Assembly (NCBI RefSeq): GCF_001194135.2
Contig: NC_068991.1
Coordinates: 73,166,952 to 73,230,951 of the forward strand
Reading direction: 5' to 3'
Length of the DNA stretch: 64,000 nucleotides
Source of the DNA: Octopus bimaculoides
Lineage: Eukaryota
A program made the translations under genes and the position numbers. How positions within the stretch are numbered: the first letter of the stretch is position 1; every line of letters starts with the position of its first letter. Under the pieces are notes generated by a model. The model saw only the letters and a list, made by a program, of their open reading frames with translations, searched no databases and was not told the DNA's origin. Positions 26,644 to 39,516 of this stretch are shown piece after piece.

Positions 26644-26710
<67 letters not shown>

Positions 26711-26769
26711 AGAGAGAGAAGAGGGAGAGAGATGGAGAGAGAAACAGACAGACTGATAAAGAGACGGAT

Positions 26770-26821
<52 letters not shown>

Positions 26822-26822
26822 T
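26644..26822. repeat. Compound microsatellite (TA)n-(GA)n-(TAGA)n
   Basis: Direct reading. Confidence 0.95.
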
Positions 26823-29169
26823 AATGCGATTTTTACCCCCATGTGTTTTTTTTGTATCCCCGTGAAGTAAAGGTCCTAACCACACAATCTCAACAACGCA
26901 TATGTTATAATATTTCTTTTCTTTGGAGCAATCTTGAAATATATTTTACCGTTTACTGAATTTATTTTTGTTGTGACTATTTTGGAAATGAAAAATAAAA
27001 TTTTTTTAAAATCACTTCGTGAGCAAACGCAGAGATAATCGATAATTGCACGTTTAAACAAAGACGTTTGGAAAAAAGCAATCCATTAATAACAATTTTA
27101 TGTGAGTTACTTTAAGTAAAATTGTAGTTAAATTTAATAACGATGACAAACTGATGAATTATTTTTTGACACCTGCGTTTGAAATCTTCACTTAACCCTT
27201 TAGAAAATAACACGAAAGTAATTCATTAAAATTGGTGCCCCACGATCAAAATGTCGGTTAATTCAGGCCGTTCAGGTAAAAAAAAAACTGCTAAATTATA
27301 TCCACTAATTATATGACACATTTTCATTTTGAAATTAGGTACAAATATTGATATCGAGTAACATCGTCGAGTATAGTAACCCCTATAAGGTAATTATATT
27401 TAATTGAGCCGGATCGTTATGTTCTGAGATTAAAATTGAGCGAGATGAACGTTTCTTCTTATTCATCCAATGTCGATAAATTAAAATATCAGTAAATTTC
27501 TGGGGATTATGGTATCGACTTTGCCTCTGTCCTTAAAACTGCTGTAATTGTATCTAAGTTAGAAACCGATATATATAATCACGCCGATGTGACTATATTG
27601 TCACTGAGCTTGCTAAAAATAGAAACTAAATGACTCCCAATCACAACTTACTGCCCTAAACAAAATGAGACAATGGAGTACATCATGACCGGGAAAAATA
27701 AACGGGGTCACCACATTTGTATCTGATTGATCAAGAAATATCAGACCTAACAACTGACTGCAATTGCCGGCCTTCTACCTAAACTAGAGATAACAATTTA
27801 ATGATGTATCAACCTTGTTAATGACTCGAAGAGGAAGACTGTCTCCGCAGATTTTGAAAATCTGCAGTCAGAACATTGGATATCGTAAAACATTTAGCGT
27901 AACAGTTTCTCAAATAATTTTATATTTTAGAGAACATCTTTGAATCTTAAAGTACCATATTTTTCTTTATGGAACCTAACATTACTAGAACGTTGCGAAA
28001 CCAGAAACGGGACTCTATTTGATCGATTTTCAACGCCAAAGTATCGCACATCATAAGATTGCTTCCTAACAAAGATACAAAGCTACAGATTTTTGCTAGG
28101 AAAACTATTCTATATTTGATTAGTGGTATATTTTAACAAGCCTATAAGGGTGAAACGAAGTAAATTAAACCGTCGGGATTTGAATGTATTCAGATCGGAA
28201 AGCCACAACACTGAAAGGCATTTTTCCCATCGTTTTAACAAGTCTACCAATCTATTCTCTCCTTATACCAAAACAATATAGATTTGCGCTAAATTATTGC
28301 AGTAAAGTTTCTTCAAAGTAGAATCAGCTGCTACACAAGCTAAGGTCAAGTTACCTTTCATGAAGCTACCGCGTCTATCGTCCTCCAACTCTTCCACTGA
28401 CACTCACAAATATCCAAATATCACTCAATCGCTCACTGTCTTATTTACTTATGCTCTGATATGAAATCGTCCTTCACTCCGTCTCTCTTTCTCGTTCATT
28501 CTTCCTCTAACCTTACACTGTCCTTCGTCCCTCGTTCTCATTACCATACACGTGCACAAACACATACAGCCATTCACTTCTCATACATATACGTACATGA
28601 TGCATTAAACAGAAAGTTTTGACGACAGGTAATCGCCGATATCCACGCACAACTATCCTTTACATTTTAAATCCAACACGCTCTTCAGCATCGCCACCAT
28701 GTTTGGATTTATCTGCATGAGTATATACGCGTGTGCATATACATACATACACGCATACATACAAACGTACATTCACACATATATACAAAAGTACATACAT
28801 GCATACATGCATACGTACATACATACTTACATGCGTACATACATGCATACATACAGAGAGACATATATACAAATATATATGACAGAAAGTGACAGAGCGA
28901 GGGAGAGGGACAGAACCGTTCCATATACAATGTCATCAGTATTTACATGTATATTCTGTCTCCCCCTTTCTCTCCTCTTTCACTTTGTCTGTCATATATA
29001 TATAAACATACATTCATATACACATAAACATATATAAATCACACACACACACGCACACTCACACGCACACATATATGCATGCATGTATCTTTTGAAGCCT
29101 TTCAGCAGTGAAATTATAATCTTTTCATAAACATCCAAATGCTGTCTAAACTAAACACTTTAATAAACA

Positions 29170-29216
<47 letters not shown>

Positions 29217-30594
29217 CACACACATACACACGGGCGCGCTCATAGGCATGTATATGCCTGCATGTCTAGTGAAATATGTATATAATTATGTCTATGTGGG
29301 TGGACCTGTAGGAGTGTGGAGGCTGTATCTATGCAGGTATGAAATATATAATAATCGAAATCATTTTATCGAACAAACGTTTGTTATTAGTAGAAAAAGA
29401 GGAAACGAATTTTAAAATATTTCCTAAGAAATAAAGATGGTATGTAATATTATTTTCTCGGTGATTTTAAACGAATGTTTGCAAACATTATTTTAACTAC
29501 CAATATATTTATCACTATTATGCTTACTTTTTAAAAATAAATATTATGTAAACAGTTAAGAAACACCATGAATTAATATCCTACATGAATTAATAAAACG
29601 AATAAGCATTGTATCTCATGATAACAGTAGAGATTACATAACAAATATAACAAGAACATCAATGCCGAAAACGACAATAATAATAGCGCTACACTAGCAT
29701 AACATTTAAATATAGTATTTCTAAGCAAACGTTTGCATTTACTTTGTAACTATGTATTTACATTTCACTTAAATATATCATATGAAACTAAACATTCTAT
29801 TAATAAAGTGAACAGTGTAAATAGTAACTCTTGCTCATAATGTTTCACTGTTGCTATGAATATTACACACCTTCATTAATTCCTGTTCTAAGATTTCTGT
29901 CTATTTTAATATTCTAACATCGTTGATTTGCATCTAAAAAAAATATTGGCCATTTATAAAACTCTCAATTTAGATTCAATTTGATGTAATAGCTACTATT
30001 AAACATCAGATCAAACCAAACCAGTTTTAAATTGTTTATGAACAAACAACTAGTTCTTTACTCTTCTATGATGTGATGTTATCTGTCTTCGTTTTCAGAA
30101 ATATTGGATAACAGCATTGCAAATGGAAAATAATAAAAGTGAGCTTTCAGTAACGTTGGTGATGTTTGTCGTGGAACGAATAATTGAATGTCAAAGTAAA
30201 CAGTATTTCAAACTTCGATTTGAATCTGTGAATGATTTTCACTAAAATGTCTGCATACTTCTTTTGTTATTCTAAGATCTTCTGTAAGCGAGTAAAATTA
30301 TGATTCCCTGAGAAGCTGTAATAAAACTGAAACATGTCAGATAGATTATCACATTTACAAAAGATCAGGACCTGGAGGCAGGTATTTATCTTTTAAATTA
30401 ATATGAAACTCGGATTTTAGTCCTTGATCCTGTTGCCATGAATTGTTATTGAAGCTAAATTTGATTAAACAGTTCTTGTTCACACCTAATGTGAATAGTT
30501 CTTGTACGATAACACGTACTTCATTATACGTTCTCCGCGTAGAAGGTACACCAAAAAAAAATTTCTCGTATCAATATTTGTTTCTCATGTTTAT

Positions 30595-31030
30595 TAGGTG
30601 GTGAATTGGTAGAGTCCTTAAAGCGACGGATGAAATGACTCGTGAGAGTTGTTTGGAATCCCTTTGCTCTGAGTTAGAATACAACTGAGGTCATCTTTTC
30701 ATATCTTCCTTTCGGGGACGAGAGGAATTCCCAAAGGTAGGTCGATGGATTGGCTGAAGGCTTCGACGATCGACGGTGGAGCAACGTGTGTTACAGTATT
30801 TGATTCAGGTCTTTGCAATTTAAAAACAACGCCTGTGATGGCACGGGTGCCAAGATGTACTGCCAAAGACGATGGTCTTTCCCTTGGTTAAACCGCAGGG
30901 TCAAGGAAAGGGGAGACGTGCATGAATCCGAAACTGTCAGATTTTCTGAAAAATGTTGCCTAGCTTTGCTCATATATGTGCCGATGTATGGCCGGTCTTG
31001 ACCGACGAAGGCCTTTCAGCGTATAAACAT
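30595..31030 (+). mobile_element. Degenerate composite SINE (family A-like head plus family B-like 3' part)
   Basis: ggtggtgaattggtagag...ctctgagttagaatac...cctttcgggg, then ggtgccaagatgtac...tttcccttgg (shared with 52050). Confidence 0.5.
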
Positions 31031-31847
31031 GAAGTTTTGTTTGTGAAAAATCAATACACGTATCTATGAAATATCTGAACTGTACCAATTTTATTCTCCA
31101 ATCAGAAGGATGATCTAATAAATACTACTTCAAATGTTAAGTTAGGAAGGAAACGACTAAACCTGATAGGCGAGCATGATTTAGCAGCATTTTGCAGCGT
31201 CAGCGACTAGATTTGAACACGCAAGATTTGATACACAAGTTACCGTTTTCTCCTTTCACTCATTTTCGTTATAGTATTTCCTCTCCAACAACACCAGTGC
31301 ACTGAATCTGGCAGTGATAGAAAACGTAATTTGTACACAAACTCGAGAACTCACATTGGAGAGGAGGTACTATTTGATTAAATCGAACCCAGTACTTGTC
31401 GAAGCAAATCAAGGTCAAGATATGGTTCAAATTCTTGACAAGAAATTTCACCTAGCGTTTCTAATAAATTACTATGCTAATGCTCACTTTCATTTCACAT
31501 CTCTCTTGTGCTGCAAAGGCTTGTTGTCTGCACAAGAAATCAATATACTTTAATCCAGTAAAATGTTATTTTCGATTGAAATAGTATGTGGATCGCTCTG
31601 TGTTATATTTCTTTTACATCTTTCCAAATAGTTACATTGTTAGACGTTAGCAACAATTCATGTTAAACAACTCTGGTCTGACAAAATTATTTTACACTCA
31701 AACCAAAACTGAAACATTTTACGTAATTGTTTCTAAGAAACGACTACGTAAACTAATGATGTCCATCTTTGTAACCTGGCTAACCTTGAGAAGATTTCAT
31801 TGGATTAAACTTAATGCCGAAATATTAAATAATCCTAAGTTCATTAT

Positions 31848-31893
<46 letters not shown>

Positions 31894-31909
31894 CCTTCCT
31901 TTCCTGCAG

Positions 31910-31970
31910 TACTGAAATGAAGATTTTGCTGTTTTTGTTATCAGTGTGCTTTATTTTCTTTTTAAATTCT
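31910..31970 (+). CDS. Candidate start exon encoding a signal-peptide-like sequence (unconfirmed)
   Basis: Acceptor (CT)n-cccccttcctttcctgcag|, ATG at 31917, MKILLFLLSVCFIFFLNS, then GT at 31971 (gtaaag) or 31976 (gtacga). No downstream exon identified. Confidence 0.22.
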
Positions 31971-32196
31971 GTAAAGTACGAAATATTGTTTTAAGATATA
32001 TTATGTGATGAAAGGCAGTTTGCGAGAAAGTTTATTAACTAAGGAATGATTGACGTTCTTTATTAATAAATGTCCTTTATATATTTATATGTAATTAAGC
32101 ATATTTTGACTGTTTCGTTTACTACGCCTCCAGAGTATGTATGCGCAAGTTTGAACATGTAATTGTTTGTNNNNNNNNNNACTCATACATATATGA

Positions 32197-32248
<52 letters not shown>

Positions 32249-33269
32249 TTGCCACACATGTTTCCGTCTACTAACTCCCTTTTACTCTGCTTCCTCCGCA
32301 GTTGAATCAAAACCGCACCGAAATGCTCACAGGGTGAGTTTCTTTAGCATCCAGCCAATCGTAACTATTAGATATCACATTAATATATTTCGTCAGTATT
32401 CACTCAGTGGCTTAAGAGAATCTTTAGAAAATGCATTGTGTATTTATTCTGAATCTTCGCATTCTTTGTTCAAATCCCACCGAGGTCAACTTTGCCATTC
32501 ATCCCTCAGCGAGTCAATGCGATTAAGTTATGAGTTAACCGGTGGAGTTCATTGAGTCGACTTTTATTCTTCCCGAGCAGAATTGTTCCCGTGTTAGAAA
32601 TAATTATGTTATCGTATTGTTGTTTTCTATTGAATATACTTTGCTATTTCAACTAAAAATTATGGCCGCGCATGAAGTAAATATCATGTAACAATACAGA
32701 AATTATATTATGTATTCGATTCTTTATTCTGTATATTTTCAAGTGTAGTTAATCGTTTTGGTAAATTTAATCAGGATTATTTTCCCAGACTTGCACAAGT
32801 ATACGAACTGATACAAAATGTGTTCGACATAGCTTGTCTAAATTGCAAACAACTTAACCGGCATTAAAGGGATAACTATAGTTTATTCTATTAGAGAGTT
32901 AGCATCTACTAAAAGAGATCCTTTAATGGTTTCAGTAAGTAATTAATGTGGCGACACGAGAGGTTTAAAGTCGGTCACATCGCATCCAGTACGTATGTAA
33001 ATCTGCTTCATGTTAATCGAATCTCGAAGTACACTTGGACATAACGGGACACAATGCTGATGTATACAAGTAAACACACACAAACACATGCACACACATG
33101 CGCTTACATGTACACATGTGTATATGATGGACTTATGCTCTGTTAATATCTACCAAATTATACTTATAGGAGCACTAGCCATCTTGGGACCGCATTAGCA
33201 TTAGATTGCTTTTCTCTTCAAAGCAAGGACACTTCGATCTCTAACAATCTACAAAGCTCAGTCGAAACA

Positions 33270-33453
33270 ATTCTTTTCTACTCTAGGTAGGGGGAGGGCG
33301 CCACTCGATTAGATCGATCCGGTACACAACTGGTACTTAATTTATCGACCCTAAACAAGGAAAGGCAAAGTCGACCTGGGCAGGATTTGAACTCAGAACG
33401 TAAAGACAGACGAAATACCGCTAAACATTTAGGCCCGGCATGCTAACGTTTCT
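33270..33453 (-). mobile_element. SINE family A, 5' end missing
   Basis: ttcttttctactctagg...ggcaaagtcgacctgggcaggatttgaactcagaacgtaaagacagacgaaataccgc. Confidence 0.88.
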
Positions 33454-33686
33454 TATTTCTTTATTGCCCACAACGAGCTAAACATAGAGGGGACAAGCAG
33501 GGATAGACAGAGCGATTAAGTCGATTACAGCGACCCCAGTGCGTAACTGGAACTTAATTTATCGACCCCGAAAGGATAAAAGGCAAAGCCGACCACGGCG
33601 GAATTTGAACTCGGAAAGTAAAGACAGACGAAATACCACTAAGCATTTCGCCCGGCGTGCTAACGTTTCTGCGAGCTCGCCGCCTT
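33450..33686 (-). mobile_element. SINE family A variant with a different 3' tail
   Basis: ttcttatttctttattgcccac...gggacaagcagggatagac tail joined to the family A body ending gcgagctcgccgcctt. Confidence 0.88.
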
Positions 33687-36242
33687 GCTCAGGCAAAACA
33701 ATTAATGAAGCAAAGCTCACAAGGTTGCAAATAAACAAACATCAACCAAGGCAAAGGAGAAACACTCGACTAATTAGCATAAAGTCAACAGATTTCAAAC
33801 GCTCGACCATCGACGTATTGTCTTTTCTATTCTTTGCCTTTTTAAGGTCTTCTACACGACCTCTGCACATCGAAGAGCTTGTCTCTTGCAACCGCCATTC
33901 AGATACCACCGGTTCACTATTTTCGCTTCCTAACTTCACCCATATCGTGTTCATTCCATAGTCTCCACAGCAACCAATACACCTCGTTCTTCACCAGAAC
34001 GCAGGATCACTGTAATTTACCCACACACGTACATCTGAAAATCTTAACGGAATCACTCTTACAGGTGTCGAAAATCTGAAAAAGCCATGGGTACGGCATC
34101 ATTTTTCAGTTCTCAAAAATAGAAACAAACGTTACTATGCCCGCAAGTGGAACCGGGTTCCACGTTGGTGGCAAAGCAAACATATTTTCCTACAAATCTT
34201 TGTGTCGGCTAATGCATTCTTAGCAGAGTTAAAAGCAAATTATGACCTTGCTTTGATATACAGGTTTCATAATCTCGAAAATCCTCAGCAGACAATGTTG
34301 TGTGATAATTAATCAACTGATAAACATATAATAAATTCCACGAATTTACTCCTAAGCCAAAGATAGAATTAAACTATGGATGAGTTGATAAATCTCGTAA
34401 GAGATTATTATAGTTGTTGGCAATGTTACAAGCTGAAGTCACTGAGCGAAAGACGCGAAGTGATTTATGAGAGATAAATATGACAGAACTATGAACTGAA
34501 ATGTTTAAGTACTTAATTATATTACCCTGATACCTAAACTCCCCGACTTTCTAGATTCAAACCCACAATGCACCTGTTACCTTGTTCCAGTTGATTTATT
34601 TCCGTCTTTAAATGAGATACATCAGTTTTGAAACGTCGATATCACAGGATGAATTCTTACAGAACAGTTTATTTAATTCTTAGTCGAACGAAACTTTTAA
34701 AAATGACAACATAAACATAGAATATTCTGGTGAGAAGAATGTATTTTAATGTTTATAATTTCCGAAATGGATTTACAATCCGATATGTAACGCTTAAAAA
34801 GTTATACAACGAAATGTCTTAATATTTAGCAACGAATTTTTGTCTTCGGCACATTTCTTTTCAGCTACTGACGTCAAAGTGTTTAATATTCTACATGGAA
34901 TATACATTTGATACATTTTGCATATAGTAATAAAAAGTCTTTCCGTAAGCAAATACTCATAAGGTAATACAGAAAATGGGAAGAAACTAACATGCTTACA
35001 TGAAAATACATGGAAAATAAAGCAAAAAGATAAAAGCCAAAAAATAAAACCAAGTTTTTAGATATAGGCTAATCTGCGCTTAAAATTATATTGAAGAATT
35101 ACATTAGGCAGTTGAAATCCAGTTCTTTTGTAATGTCACACACACACACGTGTGTATGTGTGTGCGTTGTGTGTGTCTGTGTACGTGTGTTTGTATGCGA
35201 GTGCGAGTGTGCGTGTGTGAGTGCGTATGTATATATTTGTATACGGCTTTCTGTTATCGACAATTGTGGTGGATTTGAATATAGGAATTACCAAATAGTT
35301 TATAGTGCCACGTATTAGTAAAACTACTAGGGATTACAATAAGCATTACGCAATTCAAATAAAAGAAAACAGAAGCATTCTGATATAGTTACTGTGAGAA
35401 TATAATCAACGAATATGCAATACATATTCCGTCGTTATATTCTACGAGAAGTATTAAATTTTACAAAACATATAACAAGACAGATGCAAATTTTACAGCG
35501 TGTTTAGTTCTGTAGAGAAAAACACAGATTTATATGTGTGAGGACGTGTGTGTAAATATATATACGAATGAGCAGACAAACGAAAGGGTACTCAATACGT
35601 TTATTGGAAGTTAACCGCTATGGATCAAAACAGTTTGATTCAAATCCTTCTTTCTCTTAGTTTCAAGCGTGATACTAATCTTCGGCCATAGCAATTTGGA
35701 TGAAGAAAGTCAAATATTTACTACCGGAACGTTAGCCTGTGATTGGTCACAATGTTTCACGTGGTGTCACAGTTTGATGTTGCTATTTCAGCGACATAAA
35801 TATAAATATATATATCTTTAATCTCCTTTCTGTCAACACTTCAAATGTAAAGCTCTTCCCTGAAAACGGAGGCTTACATTATCCGAAGTTGGAATCAATT
35901 TACAATCATTATTTTGGCCCACCAAGCCCACAAAAACAGCTGTTGGACTCTTAAAACTCTTATTCAGCCCCTTTAATTCCTGATATTATTTCCATTCGGT
36001 GTAAGTCGGACCTTTTTATATGTGAAAATATGTACATTTTTTTGTATCAAATGTATTTAATATTTTTGGTATATCGACTTGCGTAGATTGCTTATCTTTA
36101 CATCTACTCCTATATATATACGTGTGTGTGTGTTTGTATTATAGGCGAGAATGTGAATTTCGATCGAAGTATTGCTGTGAGAACAGCAGGAAAAGATTGA
36201 GTATTTACTCTTGTTAAACAGAAAAAAAGAATTGTTAGTAAA

Positions 36243-36300
36243 GTATGGGAATCGAACCCTATACTCCTCAGCTACAGTGTTCTATCATTAAGCTATACAG
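36243..36300 (-). pseudogene. tRNA-like Pol III promoter fragment (orphan SINE head or tRNA relic)
   Basis: Minus strand gtaTAGCTTAATGATAGaac...GGGTTCGATTCCCatac has A-box- and B-box-like motifs but no complete cloverleaf. Confidence 0.35.
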
Positions 36301-36717
36301 GCCCTAACATCAATTATTATCAATTTTAATGCTAAATAATAGCTTTTCTTTTAATGCTAAATGATAGCAGGAAGATATTACAAAGAGATTTTGGAGCCGC
36401 CGAATGTGCTGGTATTTTACAGAAAAGAAAGTCAGTTTCGAATGCAGTACAACTGTAAGAACAGCAGATATTATTACCGAAGTGTGTATTTTAGTTTTAT
36501 AGTTAGCTTTTCTGTTAAATATAAACTTTAGTTTTGAAATGTCACTTTTTTTCTTAAATTAATTCAATAAATTAATTAAATTTACTAGATATATGAGACA
36601 GTGGCACTCGTCTGTTATGTTTATTCTGCAGCATCTTCATCGACAGACAAAAACGAATCGACAGGGCGCTGCCTGTTCTATATACAACTTCATGTTGATG
36701 GCAATTGTAGCGCACTG

Positions 36718-36757
36718 TAATGCTGATGAAAGTTAATGAGCTAGAAACGACGTCATC
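36718..36757 (+). ncRNA. Degenerate hammerhead-like motif
   Basis: CUGAUGA-A-AGUU(AAUG)AGCU-A-GAAA-CGACGU-C; helix I is out of register by one nucleotide. Confidence 0.35.
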
Positions 36758-37302
36758 CAATCGATATTGCTTTTACTTACCATTTCGTGGTTGTGCTATA
36801 AACATGACATATATTCACACTTTGTAGTCTCACCTTTGTAGCATATTTAATTAATGGATACATAAACGTTGACAGTTTGTAGAAGCTTAGCTTCGAGGTG
36901 AGAAATATATTAAGAGTGTTTGGAATAACTGTGTATTTGTTGGAAGTGAGTGTATCGAAGATACAAGCAATTGATTTGGGTATTGAAAAAAGATTGTTTC
37001 TTCACCAGCGGCATTAATATGGAACTAATGTAAAGGCCTAAGAACAGTAACATTTTCGGGTCTGTTTCATGTATCTGTTTAGGATGCAGGACAAGCAAGT
37101 TAAAGGGCCCCGTCGAGCGGCACACACCTGGACACGTAACTGGCCAAGAAGAATTATGATACTTGAAATGTTTAAGGACGTTGGATTCAGTGATTCGTGA
37201 ATTGAGATATTTGTATTGCATCGAGCAAGATTCATTTTATTGTTACTCCCACTTTCATTTATGCAGTTAAGAAGAAGTGTTGTTACATTGCAAACTTGTA
37301 GC

Positions 37303-37339
37303 CGACGACGCTGTGTTTCACCAATTATCGTCAGGTCAC
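37303..37339 (-). ncRNA. Degenerate hammerhead-like motif (helix II collapsed)
   Basis: Minus strand UGAC-CUGACGA-UAAUUGGU-GAAA-CACAGCGU-C|GUCG; 4-bp helix I, GUC triplet. Confidence 0.35.
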
Positions 37340-39282
37340 CATAAACTAACTGTATGTACGTATGTATATANNNNNNNNNNNNNNNNNNNNNNNNNNNNNN
37401 NNNNNNNNNNNNNNNNNNNNNNNNNNNNNNNNNNNNNNNNNNNNNNNNNNNNNNNNNNNNNNNNNNNNNNNNNNNNNNNNNNNNNNNNNNNNNNNNNNNN
37501 NNNNNNNNNNNNNNNNNNNNNNNNNNNNNNNNNNNNNNNNNNNNNNNNNNNNNNNNNNNNNNNNNNNNNNNNNNNNNNNNNNNNNNNNNNNNNNNNNNNN
37601 NNNNNNNNNNNNNNNNNNNNNNNNNNNNNNNNNNNNNNNNNNNNNNNNNNNNNNNNNNNNNNNNNNNNNNNNNNNNNNNNNNNNNNNNNNNNNNNNNNNN
37701 NNNNNNNTATATATATATATATATTATTGAGTGCTGTCATAAATTATATGTTCTCACCTTACAAAAATTGACCTTCTGCTTAGTTCTAAGTAATTAATAT
37801 TGTAGAATAAATTTCTATAAATATAACCTCAGTCTTTTCAGCAAGGAATCTTTATTTTCTTTTTATTTTTTAGTTTTAAAAAATGTATTCTTTTTATACT
37901 GTTGCACAATAGCAGAACCAATATATCATGGTGCTTTTCAAATATGACATTAATGTGCATCTTCTCTCTCCCTTTCACCTTTTCCCGATTACATAATTAT
38001 CGCTTTATCTTTTTCTGCTTGCCTATAACCTTGTAACTGTATCCACCACCACTTCCTCATCCCCGTTGTCCTCTTCTTTCTCCTCCTCCTCCTCCTCCTG
38101 CCTTGTATGGGAGATATGACATGATTTATTAGATGGGTTTGATTAGTTACTTTAACTTCATGATTAATTTTTCTACTTCTTAGAAAATTAATTAATTTTT
38201 CTCAGTGTGAAAATTATATTCAACTTCATCTTTATCTTTCACTTGCGCCTACGTTCACACACATATGCAATACAGATACATATACTCACGCTGTTACACA
38301 CACTCACGCCCATGTACACACACACGCATACACACACACACACATATATATAAGCATACGCATATATGCTTACATTTACACATACATTCATACATAGACA
38401 TACTTTGTCTTATTTTACATATTCATATGTGTGTACATTTGTATATGTGTGTATATGTGTGTATATACATGTGTATGTATATAGAATATACTAATCTATA
38501 TATGTACATACATGTACATACATATGTATATACATATATATATGTATATATATATACATACATATATATTTACATAGATACGCACACTAACTCATATATA
38601 TATNNNNNNNNNNNNNNNNNNNNNNNNNNNNNNNNNNNNNNNNNNNNNNNNNNNNNNTATATATATATATATATATATATATGCATATATTCACATACTG
38701 GCGTACATACGCAGATGATGCAGCACATTACTGTTATTTGTAAGATATGAACATATTGATTGGGAATCTATAAGATATTTTGTAATGTCTATTGATTAAG
38801 GTAGTGACTTGTATTATTAACAATAATACAGTTAATTATATTTACAGGATCATTATTGTTAGTTAACAATTAGCTGGGGAAAAAAAACTACTTAAACCAA
38901 AAGAAAAGGTAATTATAGAAGAGTTATTGATAACACTCGTGTAACTTCGATATGTGTTGCAACAATTTCTGAGATTTGGAAATGATGTAAAAACTGAAAG
39001 GGTTTATCAAGTTAATGAAGCCTAATGCTTTGTTACATATGCATGAGTGCAGTGAAATGTTATTACATGGAAGAGGAAAAATAAAAATTGTTATGGTATT
39101 CCATACATTTACGCAACAGTTTTAGAAACGCGAATTAGATTTGAAATTTCGAGTGGAGTGGAAATCTAAAAAAGTAACAAATTGTTTTAATAATATCCTC
39201 AAGAGCGATTTTCTATGATATTTTGAAAGTTTATTTTCACTAAATGTTTGTATTAATTTTATAGTTATGCAATTGTATATAT

Positions 39283-39449
39283 AGACGCAGGAATGGCTGT
39301 GTGGTAAGCAGCTTGTTTTCCAACCACATGATTCCGGGTTCAGTACCACTGCGTGACACCTTGGGCAAGTGTCTTTTTCTATAGCCTCGGGCTGACCAAA
39401 GAAAGCCTTGTGAGTGGATTTGATAGACGGAAACTGAAACAAGCACATC

Positions 39450-39452
<3 letters not shown>
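39283..39452 (+). mobile_element. SINE family C, 5' half ending in (TA)n
   Basis: atagacgcaggaatggctgtgtggtaagcagcttg...gattccgggttcagtacc...gacggaaactgaaac. Confidence 0.9.

Positions 39453-39512
<60 letters not shown>

Positions 39513-39516
<4 letters not shown>

Larger units (their letters stand above)
26241..26644. mobile_element. Inverted pair of putative Penelope-like element termini (about 152-bp arms, 60-bp spacer)
   Basis: 26280-26432 vs reverse complement of 26493-26644: 3 substitutions and one 1-nt indel. The spacer carries an extra 18-bp unit (tagctggagtctctgcta). Each arm contains a hammerhead motif. The PLE assignment is inferred from the ribozyme and the inverted geometry. Confidence 0.7.

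Noticed and set aside
28693-28710. Perfect Kozak-like GCCACCATG
   Set aside because: The frame runs straight into a microsatellite; a single 9-mer is weak evidence on its own.
35740-35810. ATTGG, CACGTG and TATAAATA in promoter-like order
   Set aside because: Short motifs are common in AT-rich DNA and no downstream exon supports a promoter.
36910-37221. 103-aa minus-strand ORF
   Set aside because: No recognisable domain, and the length is within chance expectation.
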